A stretch of 63,644 nucleotides of DNA, filler included, from Folioceros fuciformis (lineage: Eukaryota): the NCBI GenBank assembly GCA_049999805.1. It is 13 parts of 13 records of this genome, joined end to end, with 100 filler letters (N's around TTAATTAATTAA, not from the genome) between each part and the next. Parts side by side here need not be neighbours in the genome. Positions count along the whole stretch, not along the records: positions 50,669 to 56,333 come from JBNGIO010003388.1; positions 56,434 to 60,795 come from JBNGIO010003390.1; 11 more parts are not named here. One strand, given 5' to 3'. The notes under the pieces were generated by a model. The model was not told the origin of the DNA. It did not search any database and saw nothing but the letters and a program-made list of their open reading frames with translations. The position numbers and the translations under genes were made by a program. How positions within the stretch are numbered: position 1 is the stretch's first letter; the number at the start of each line of letters is the position of its first letter. Shown here one piece after another: positions 50,724-60,895 of this stretch.

Positions 50724-53167
50724 ATGGATTCCGGAGGGGAGGAGGCAGACACGACCGCGCTGCTTGTCAAGACGGAGTTGCACTCCTTCGAGGAGGATGC
50801 GGACGGCAATTCCACATTGGCTAGTCTGGTGTCGTCTCCGCCGGGCGGGGAATTGCTAGGGCTGGCTAGCTTGGATCCCGCGGACTACGACCGCCTGCCG
50901 TGCGACAAGCTGCCTCCCGCGCACACCATGCTGGATAATGTGGAGCGGCTCTACCTGCGGGACGAAGAGCAGCTGCAGCTCGGGGATTTCGGGAAGGCGC
51001 TCGCCAAGGCGGACGCTTTCTCGCACGTGAAGCTCGAGCTAGACGAGCTCCCGGCGCTCTCCTGTGCGGACATGAAATTCAGCTGCACCGAGATCAAATT
51101 CGAGGACGATGACCACGCCTGCATCAAGCTCGAGCTGGACGACGATAATTTGTACGACGAGCTGCGGCTCGGCAGCCCGGGCATTGTGTTGAATGATCCT
51201 ATCGATGGCGCCAACGGGCTGGACCTGGACCCCTGCATCATGAGATTGCCGGACTCCATGCTGGACATGGGAGTGGAGGCGCTGGACGCCGGGGAGGTGC
51301 ACGACGGCGAGATTGGAGAGGAGGAGGCGCTGCTGCTGGCGGAGGTGGCAAAGGTGGAGGAGGAGTCTCTCGACAGGGACTCGTCTCGCTGCTCCTCGCT
51401 TAGTAAGCATTCCTCCGTCGTGTCGGAGGCCTCGGAGGCATGCAGTAAAGCGGAGAAGAAGCTTGTGAGTGAGCAGTCCACGGTGGATCAGGGCGGAAAG
51501 AACGGCAAAAATGCGTCCGCGGGGAGGAGGAAGGTGAAGGTTAGTTGCGGAGCTGGAGACACCTGTGATTGGAGTACCCGTGCCGTTGCCTGTGCCTGTG
51601 CCGATGATTGCGCCGCGCCAGCTCATGTTGCTACTTCCCCTGCTCTCTGCAGGTAGATTGGACCCCAGAGCTTCACAGGAGGTTTGTACAGGCCGTGGAA
51701 CAACTTGGAGTGGAGAAGGCCATTCCTTCCCGAATCCTGGAGCTCATGGGAGTGCTGTGTCTCACTCGGCATAACATTGCCAGCCACTTGCAGGTGCTCC
51801 CCCCTTCTCTTTTCTGCCTTGCTGTCATCCCCAGTTTAGTAGGCTCTGGATTAGTAACCTGGGGACATTGGACTGGTGTGTGCAGAAATATCGGTCACAT
51901 AGGCGGCATCTGCTTGCAAGGGAGGCAGAGGCGGCTACCTGGCATCATCGTCGGCCCATCGACCCCACATCCTGGACAAGGAGCAGGCGGGATGGGACAT
52001 CCTGGGTGGGTGCACATCACAGCACGCCCACCCCAATCCAGCCAAGGCCGCCTATGGGGCTCACACCTATCCAGCCCCACCCTGGACCTCATGCAGCGCC
52101 AATTGCTCCCTTGCATGTCTGGGGCCATCCTACAGTCGACCACTCCGCCATGCACTTGTGGCAGCAACCGCAGATGTCTGCTCCCACAGCGTGGCAAGCC
52201 CCTGACGGGAGCTATTGGCAGCATCCAGTGGTAATGTTCAGCTTCTCCATTTGGAGGATTCTCAGTCGCAGTCCATTGTCTTGCTGGGACTTGCCAGAGC
52301 CAACATGTTCATGTGGGTCCTCACTGGATCTGGGAGGAAATTGTGACAGTTTGAGCTCACAAGCTTGTACTATTGATATTGAAAAGCTCTCCCAGCAAAA
52401 ACTTGTTCAAGATGCTTGTCGGGTTAAGCACATACTAGCTGGAGAGAGTTGGATACTACTGATAGGTGCTGGAAGTCTACCCGGAGATGGACGGTACACA
52501 CAACGTTTTTTCTGATGTGTACTGATTGTGCAGGCATACCCGCCGGAAGCTTGGGGGCACGCCACTCCTGCCCTCGGGACACCTTGCTATCCGCAGTCCA
52601 TGCTGGTACGTTTGCTTGAACTGCCCGACTTTTGCTTACGTTAAATGCTCTTAAGTTCTCCTTCGATAAAGCGCTCCAGAAATGTTGGCTGCTTGAACGT
52701 AGTTGCATTAAGCAGGTACCTTGAGCTGCTGTTTGTGTTTCTTCAGAGATATCCAATGTCGGCAATGCATGCCGTGCCACACTTGACTGCTCCTGCTCTC
52801 TCTGGAGATGGTTTTTTCGCTGACGAATCAATGCCAGTTCCCATGTACCCTACGTCATCGGGAGACCCCGATGTGGCTGTTGCGGCAGGAGCTGCAGCAA
52901 ACAGCAAACCCTCTGATTTCCATCCGGTATGTCTTGTGTTTTATGAGGTCCAGTAGTGAAGTTTTCGTCCGCCCAGTTTGTCCAAAGTTTGACGGTTGTC
53001 GAATGGGGTGATTTGTGCAGCCAAAAGAGATCTTGGATGCAGCCATCAGCGAGGCCCTTGCCAATCCTTACACACCACTACCTTTGGGGTTGAAGCCACC
53101 GTCCATGGACAGCGTCATGGCTGAGCTCCAAAGGCAGGGCATCAACTCGGTGCCTCCGACCTCTTAA
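50724..53167 (+). CDS. GLK: GOLDEN2-LIKE GARP transcription factor (chloroplast development)
   Basis: Six predicted exons: 50724-51539, 51653-51793, 51886-52230, 52534-52605, 52747-52926 and 53021-53167. Contains [50 protein letters not shown] and the C-terminal GCT box [41 protein letters not shown]. Confidence 0.96.
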
Positions 53168-54961
53168 TATGCTATTTCCACTTGTAGACGAGAGAGCGCC
53201 TTTGACCAATTAGCTGGGCCAACCCACTGACAACCTAGTCCACTGCAGGAGCCGAGCAGCTTGTTCCTTCCCCTTTCTATCACCTCACGGTACAGTTTTC
53301 TGCCGGCTTATTGCTGACCAGAGGGAGGAAGACTCGAGCAGTGGTGTGAGTGGAGATGACAGAATTATCTCTTATTCACTCATTTGCTCTGTGAGAACAC
53401 TCAATAACCNNNNNNNNNNNNNNNNNNNNNNNNNNNNNNNNNNNNNNNNNNNNNNNNNNNNNNNNNNNNNNNNNNNNNNNNNNNNNNNNNNNNNNNNNNN
53501 NNNNNNNNNGAGTTAGTTGAAGAGCTCCACCTCTTGTACATTCCCCTAGACGAAACACCCGGTTAGCCTAGTTTGACCACAACCTGCCTGTATTGCTGAG
53601 CTCCTTGTTTGGTTCACACATGATCCTGCTGGCCTTGGAAGGTCTTTGAGTTGCCAGGAAGTGTTTTTTATCAGCAAAGGTCTGACCTACCATGCTAATT
53701 GTTGCCTAACTTGTATTTGACGACATCACTGCCATGTCACTCTATCTAGCAAATCTATTTTGGCTGCTAGTTTCTGTTGCAGACACCCAGGATCACGAGA
53801 AACTAGCTTCCCGGGAGTTTCAGGCATGGCATGGCCGGAGGCACTGGCATGCCCAGGTAGTGAATCGAAGTAGACGAATTTGCTAAGGTGCCAACGATTT
53901 TGGTTTTGCAAGGTGGACAGGGCTCCACATTTGTCTTGGGCATTGTTCCACCTTGATCACCGCTGCCTGTGTGCAGTATTCAATATACAAGGATGTTGAC
54001 TACCACCCCGTTGCAAGACCGTGCTCTCGCAGTTTTTGCTCCTTCTACCTGCCGCTACTGTCGTTCCTTTGTATGTTAATCTGTCCTTCCAGGAATGTTG
54101 AAGGTGAGAAACGTCTACCTGTCTCATTCCCACGTCCACTCCGCAAGCTTATCATGTCTGTATCAGTCATCTGGTGGGCCGTGCTCAGCCAGGAACGGAG
54201 GAATGTGATTCACGAGCTCACGGCTGCATGTGACTACAGACATTCTTGTACAGCACCCTAGCCTCTCATCGGTGGACAGACTCACTGACTGCTACATATG
54301 TTGCCGTCATAGTGTGTCAGCAGCGAGGAGATGATATACTTACCAAGTTGTTCCCAACAGATGCCCTCCACTTGAGTGGCTCATGATAGTGGCAGAGCTG
54401 GGTGAAATATCGCGCAGGCATTCGGTTGTAACAATTCAAAAACTCTGCTGCTCTTGTTGTTACTGTTCCTGTTGCTTGTCGTGGTGTGTACTATGCTTTG
54501 TAGCCGATGATTTTTCTGACGTTTGTGTGGCTCCCCTGGGCGGCCCGCACGGTCAGACCCACACCACGCCTTTTCCGTCCTTTACCCTGGTTTCTTGCAC
54601 TTGGGTCTGACACAGCCTCGGGTAGAGCGTGAGCAGGACCCCCTGCTGCTGCCGGCCTTGCTGCAGAAAAGCATGTGTCCATGTGCATCCAATCGGATTA
54701 GTTACCTTGTGCTTGTGTTAGTGCCATGTCGGTAGGCAAGCCAGGTTGATCAGGGTTCCCCTCTTCGCTGCATACGACCAACACCCTGGTGGATCTCATC
54801 GGTCACCTACTCGTTCCCAGGGTTCCGTCATTTCATCCTACAGTCGAAATCAAGCACTTCTGCTCACACTCACCACTGATCCGGGTAGATTACCATTGAT
54901 TTGTGAGGGCGGAAGAAAGCGAGGGAAATATCGATCAAGGGGAGGAAGAACGGGAGCAGCC

Positions 54962-55414
54962 ATGAGCGGCAAGGGAGCTGAGCCGCCCCTTCTGGTGGAC
55001 TTCGATTGGAAGCTCAAGGTACGTAAGGTAGTGTGGTTCGCTCGAGTGTGCATGCCGTTGCTCGGGAAATCAACTGGCTGTAAGGCCATCCTGATGTGTG
55101 CCACACAGTACGCAGTTTCTAGTGATTCCTTGGCCTCGGTGAACAAGCCGCTGGTGAGACTAGAGCTCTCCGTCCTTTCCCCGGGTTTGGGAGAGGACAA
55201 GAACCCCAGGGAGGAAGGGAAGCCAGAAGTGATCATTTCAGAGTTCACTAAGACTCAGCTGGACGGTCTGATCTCACAAATGGAGGCAATCAGCAAGGTA
55301 CCTCACAGTGTTTTGAACCAAGTCCATGAACAGGAGTTTCAACGGTCTAGTCTGACATGAAAGCTGCCATGCCTACAGAAATGCGACGCAACGGCCGCAG
55401 ATGGATCTTCCTAG
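54962..55414 (+). CDS. COMM-domain protein (COMMD8-like), about 93 aa as modelled
   Basis: Exons 54962-55018, 55109-55297 and 55379-55414 give LVDFDWKLK|YAVSSDSLASVNKPLVRLEL...SEFTKTQLDGLISQMEAISK, matching the COMM pattern L.D.DW.....SS......P...L.L....E.....L..L...LE. Confidence 0.8.
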
Positions 55415-55633
55415 ATTGACCTTTCCACGGCTGGTGCCATGGGCATGCACGATCTAAAAGCACTCCTGTAGTACCCAAAGGTCAAGCTGCGGTTGCAGCG
55501 GCCGTCAGTGAAATGCAATCAATCCGTCAGTGCCACCACCATCCTCTACTCCCTTGTAAACGAGAATCTCAGCAGATGCTGCAAACTGGAGCCTGATGAC
55601 TGTTGCAATCCTTCTAACCGAAAACACGTACTC

Positions 55634-56020
55634 TCATGACTGTGCAGCTCTGTCAAGCTCCGCTTTCAGCTGCTGAGAAAAATCGTCGCTCACATCGTCA
55701 TCGTCCCAATCATCCTCCCATATCTGGGTTGCCTCGGCCTCACCTACCTCATCATCCCAGTCTGCACAAGCGTGACAACATGAAGTCTTGTTGTTAGCTG
55801 CTCCTGCGCTTCACGCAATCGCCTGCCTCAACCAAATCAAACCTTGCGCGTAAAACCCAAACACCTGACAGGGACGAGCCACAGTAGCCAGGACCCCACC
55901 TTCCGTCTCGAACTCCTCAAACTCGTCATCGTCTTCAAGGACCTCCAACTTCGTATCCTCGGTGACCAGCGCGGGCTCGTTGGCCCCGACGGCCTGAGCA
56001 TCAGCCGTAGTAGTCGCCAT
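55634..56020 (-). CDS. DSS1: DSS1/SEM1 (26S proteasome, TREX-2 and BRCA2 partner), 82 aa
   Basis: Exons 56020-55900 and 55761-55634 give LEDDDEFEEFETE(D)WDDE...WEDDWDDDDVSDDFSQQLKAEL. Confidence 0.96.
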
Positions 56021-56433
56021 GAAGCTTGCACGGCACTCACGCTGCCAATTGGTCTCAACAAGTCAGGCTTTAGGGCAACGGCTCCAAGATTACCCTCGAT
56101 AGCCTGTGGGTATAGGTAGGGTTCACACCGGCTACGTGACCCGTCTCTCGTCTCGTGCAGGATGTTGGCCCTTCACCTGGCTTCTCTGTGCTTATGGATG
56201 GGCTTGTGAGCTGTGGTGTAGTGACGGGTTGTGTGCCTCATGGTACAATTTTGACGGTAGCGGTTCGGATTCCTGTTTTTTGTTGCGTTTGTTGTCCTTG
56301 TGGCTCGTTTCGATTTTGTGCACCTTGTAGAACNNNNNNNNNNNNNNNNNNNNNNNNNNNNNNNNNNNNNNNNNNNNTTAATTAATTAANNNNNNNNNNN
56401 NNNNNNNNNNNNNNNNNNNNNNNNNNNNNNNNN

Positions 56434-56467
<34 letters not shown>

Positions 56468-56516
56468 GGGGGCAGGGGAACCAGCTGCTGCATCGTGCGT
56501 CTTTCTGCCCCCATCC

Positions 56517-59500
56517 ATGGAGCGACTGGTCACCCTGATTCAAGTGAAGACCAAGGAAACTGTCGCCGACAGTGCGCGATCTCGGGTGGCGCAATTGGAC
56601 GAGCTGCGCGGATTGTGGGTGCTCCGCAAGGTGGTGAATTCGCAGGTGGTGTATTCGCCCTCGGCTCTCATCAGTTGCCTGGCGGAGAAGGCAGCTCGGA
56701 TGCCGGATTCCGATTTCCTGCAGACCTCCCNNNNNNNNNNNNNNNNNNNNNNNNNNNNNNNNNNNNNNNNNNNNNNNNNNNNNNNNNNNNNNNNNNNNNN
56801 NNNNNNNNNNNNNNNNNNNNNNNNNNNNNNCCCGCCCGGGCCCCGGTCGCCCCACACTCCCCAGCCGGCGGTTCGGGTTTTACTCCTGGGCAAGCGGGGC
56901 AGGCCGGGTGATAATTCTTCATGCCCCAGCTCTGGATCGTTATCGCCGGACCCGTGCGCCAAGAGGCCAGCTTTCGTTTTAGGACAGGAGGACTCCGTTG
57001 TCAGAAGGCTGCACTTTTCCAGGCCGCCTGAGCCCTTGAACCAACAGCAAGAGAATTGGGCAGCGTTCGGGAAGCTGCCCTTCCTGAAGCAGTTCCTGAT
57101 CATGAAGTATTTGCGACCGTGAGTCGGCCTGGATCGATGCATTCATGTGGTTTGCTGTGCGGGCTGCTGCAGTTCTGATTGCCTGGCTGATTGCCCAATT
57201 TCTGGTGTGGCAGGGACGCGTGGGCGAGGCATCTCTTGCCGCAGAATATTGTGCAGTTCCAGGACATGGACCCGTTCTCTGCGGAGGATTGGCTGCGGCA
57301 TTGTGAAGGATCGGAGGTGGTGGAAAGGTCCTTTCAAGTACGCGCTTCAGCTTTCTGCAGTCGTCTGCCGTGGTGTACCGGCGGAGCGGGGCAAGCAATG
57401 CACCAAGTGTGTGCAATTTCCAGCTCCCAGCTGAGCCGCCACTTGGTTAATTGCTTGTCTCCTCTGGCGCGAGCTCCCTGAACCGGCTGCTTGCTGCTCC
57501 CGATTTCTGCGTGTGATGAACCGTCGCAGACAGGAGCTGACGTCAAGAGCAGTGACATAGCTTTTCATTGCAAACTGGATCAAGCGGGTTCTATTGTCTT
57601 TCTGGTGAGTCCTCCAGGATTTTGGGCGGTAGGACCGGGGTGGAGGTGCAGGCCGCACGCGTCCTCACGACTGTGTCAATCAGAACGTTTTTTTGGACTC
57701 GGAGAGCACGCCTTTGCACAGGGCGTTTGTATTCGAAAACTTTTTGAAGGTTGATCTGAGGATCAAAAGGCATGAACAGCAAGACGCCGAAGGTGCGCTA
57801 AGACGCAATAATAGAGACGGGCTTGTCCTGGGGCTGCGGACCTACAGGTTCTACGGTGAGGGCCTTCTCCTGCAAAAAAAACTTGGCGTGCTGTGCATCC
57901 AGTGTTGTGCTTGATGTGGCCTATTGTTTGTTCGTATGTGTGCAGCCTGCAAGGACAAACAAGAGAGGAAAAAGCCCGGTAGCTTTGGTGACGATGTTGC
58001 AACGGGGGCCAAGTTTGTCTTTCTGTGCATCCAGTCCAAGGCTGAGTCGGACACGCAAAATCCCAAGTTCCGGCAGTTTCAGTCTGTGCATGATGCTTGG
58101 GGCATTTCCATACTGTGCCGCTTCTCTCGAAGCGCAAAGCGAGGCTAGTTCGTCCACTCCAAGCTCTCGCTGCTGCACTTCTGCGAGCTTTAGTCGCCTA
58201 TTTCCTCTCGTGTTCTGAGGTCTGCCTGACTGATCATCTATTTGCAGGATGGAGCTGGCGTTGTCGAAGACGGTGCCTGTCCCGCTGGATTGGTCAAACG
58301 TTAACGTGGAGCTGATTCCTGACATTCATTGCCAGGTACATTGCTTTTGGTGACATGGGCTCTCTTTCTTAGCGCTTTACCTGGTGGGCGTCATTATTTC
58401 TTGCAGGATGAGTCGGGAGTGAATTGTAGGAACGTCAACGGCGACGACATGATCCACACTGACGGCATCGGGTTTATCTCTGAGGACCTAATGCGTCTTT
58501 GCCCCACCTCTGTTTTCAAGGGCAAGAAGAAAGTTGGGACTGATCCTAAGAAGACGACAAAGGTATGTAGAGGGTATAGGACGTCCCCCACTATGAACTG
58601 CAACTCCGAGTGCGAGCAGACTGCTTAGGCTCCGGTGTATAGTACAGAAGCTCTGAATGCCGGTACAGACTTAGTTTCTACTTTCTGGTCATCTTGATTG
58701 GAGTTCACCCATGACCTCTGCACAACAGGCAATTTGTGCTTTTCAGGATTATTGTCTATACGTCCAACAGCGACTCTTCCACCAAGGGAGCGTGTACAAA
58801 GGTCTCCTTCTGGTGAACAGAGAGGTGTGATTTCTCTCCTGTCGTTGACTGACCTGGAGTGGACTGCGAACTGATCTTGCTTCTCCTTACCATTTGCCTC
58901 CTCGAACGATCCAAGTCCGACCTTCGATGAGGAAGGTCACAGCGGATCCCAAATGTTCGGGGGCAACATTTACTGCTCTAGAACTTTGTGCAACAAGGTA
59001 ATCTGGAATTGTTCTTTTCTCACGGAGGGTCTGTCACTCAAAGATCTTGAGATGTGGTTAACTGATATCTTTCACTTCGTTGGTTTAACAGCCGAGAGCC
59101 AAAGGTAGCAAAGCTCTTTCCGCAGCTGATCCTGCTGTTGGTATGCAATGGGGTCCCTGAAGAGGTTATCAGGAAATTTGCCCTAGAAAGGCTGGAAGTG
59201 TTGAAAACTTGCTACGTTGATGCTAGTTAGATGCAGCTGCTCATGGAAGCTGACTTAGTGTGAAACTCTGAACGATTCACCATGGTATGGTGAATTGAAA
59301 CTAATTGGGTCAGCTAAGCGATTCACCATGGTATGGTGAATCGCCGACCCCAATTTAGATACGGCGGGAAGGAGGATCTGGGGAAGACATGCTGAGAAAA
59401 TGCAACAGGCTCGTCTATATCTATTATGAGGCTTTGGATGCGGAAAAGTCTGGCGTCAAGGTGAGCTTTGTGACGCACTAGCCGCATCGGTGCAGCAAAT

Positions 59501-60290
59501 GGCGAGTGGGGTAGGCTTTTTTTGTTCACCGTTCTGCTTGGCAGGGAACCGATGTGCCCACGGATCTGAAAGTTACCGTGTGGCCGCATCATATGAATAA
59601 GGATATCCGAGACCATTTTATGCAACAGCAACGTAAAGAGCAGTCCAAGACGGTTTTGGGGTGGATCTACGATATGGTGACAAGCCCGTCAGACTTCCCT
59701 TCGTTCCCTTCAGGTTTGTCCTCCTCAATCTAGCCGTGAGAGTCTTTGAAACATCAGGACTTACCGACACTGAGGTATCGTGTTAGCATTTGACACCGAA
59801 TTGGACAAACGGTTCGAGATCGATTAATATCAGATGTACTTCGCTGAATGGGAAGGTCTGTACAAGGAGAACCTCACCATCATGCGCAAGGCATGTGCTG
59901 AGACTAATGTCTTGATCAAGACTGCTACGTGTAAATCCGCCATAGTCCGGTTCAAGGAGATAACCAGACCCACCCAACACTCTGCTTTCAGCGCATCTCC
60001 CACACGCCAAACTCCGTTTCCGGATTTGTCTTGCAGCGTCTGTATGGAGGCCCAGACTTCGCCCGCAGTACCAAAAAACGTGAGCAGATCGAGAGGCATC
60101 CGCAATCTGTACAGTGGTGTATCAGGATGTCATGAGAAAGGAGGACATTGTCCTTGAGAATGCCAAGAGAGCAGGAAGTGTCGCCTTTGCCTGGAAGGTG
60201 GCAGGGGATGCCCTGTTGGAGTTGATCAGCCGCCTCAGTCTTACTATGTAAGTCCTGGAGTCCTAGAAGTACTTGTCCCTTGAACCCGAG
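56517..60290 (+). pseudogene. RNA-dependent RNA polymerase, gamma clade (RDR3/4/5-like), frameshifted and lacking the catalytic core
   Basis: Spliced fragments include TPLHRAF..NFLKV, GLVLGLRTYRFY, HFHTVP..R|MELALSKT, IHTDGIGFISEDL..CP, RLFHQG..KG.LLVN..LPPRTIQVRPSM, NGVPEE, then IYYEALDAEKSG, WPHHM..SKTVLGWIYD and EASAICTVVY..AFAWKVAGDAL. I found no DxDGD region, and there is a frameshift near 58100. Confidence 0.85.
59301..59358. repeat. Palindromic/hairpin sequence at the RDR deletion junction
   Basis: GCGATTCACCAT-GGT-ATGGTGAATCGC (59318-59344) is a perfect 12-bp inverted repeat. It is flanked by near-complementary CTAATTGGGTC / GACCCCAATTTAG, and its core is repeated at 59275-59295. Confidence 0.8.
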
Positions 60291-60895
60291 ATCCACAAGC
60301 GATTTCAGCAGAGAATCCCTACGGAAGCATGTAGGATTCCTCTGAATTCACCGCTGACACAATTTTGTCGTTAACGGAGCTCTTTCCCTGTCCCGACTCC
60401 CTCCAGCTGCCATTTCAAATTTGATGCAAGCCACATCGTCCCTTCGAGTCGTCCTTCCGTCCCCCGCGCTTCATCATCCGCGGACGTGCAAACCAAGGCC
60501 GGCCGTGGCGGGGTTTGGAAGTTGAACTCTGGATTCCAAACTCAGCCTTTCTTTTTCGAATTTTCCTGGAAGCCGGCAACATGAAGAGGCGAGCTTCATC
60601 CAGGATGCGGCATGCGAGAGGCAGGTGCCGGTAGCAGATTTGGGACCGGCCGGATCATCTGAGCTTGGAGAAATCTATGGAGTCGAATTTGGGTCCTCCC
60701 GGCAAGCTCCCCAGCCATGCCGAATTCTCCACTGACTCAGCCGGTGCTGCCACCTTCGAGACGCTTCCACTGACGCCTCCAAGGAAGACCGGGAGNNNNN
60801 NNNNNNNNNNNNNNNNNNNNNNNNNNNNNNNNNNNNNNNTTAATTAATTAANNNNNNNNNNNNNNNNNNNNNNNNNNNNNNNNNNNNNNNNNNNN

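Noticed and set aside
54335-54345. ATACTTACC resembling the U1 snRNA 5' end
   Set aside because: Downstream sequence lacks U1 stem-loops and the Sm site, so it is a chance or antisense splice-donor match.
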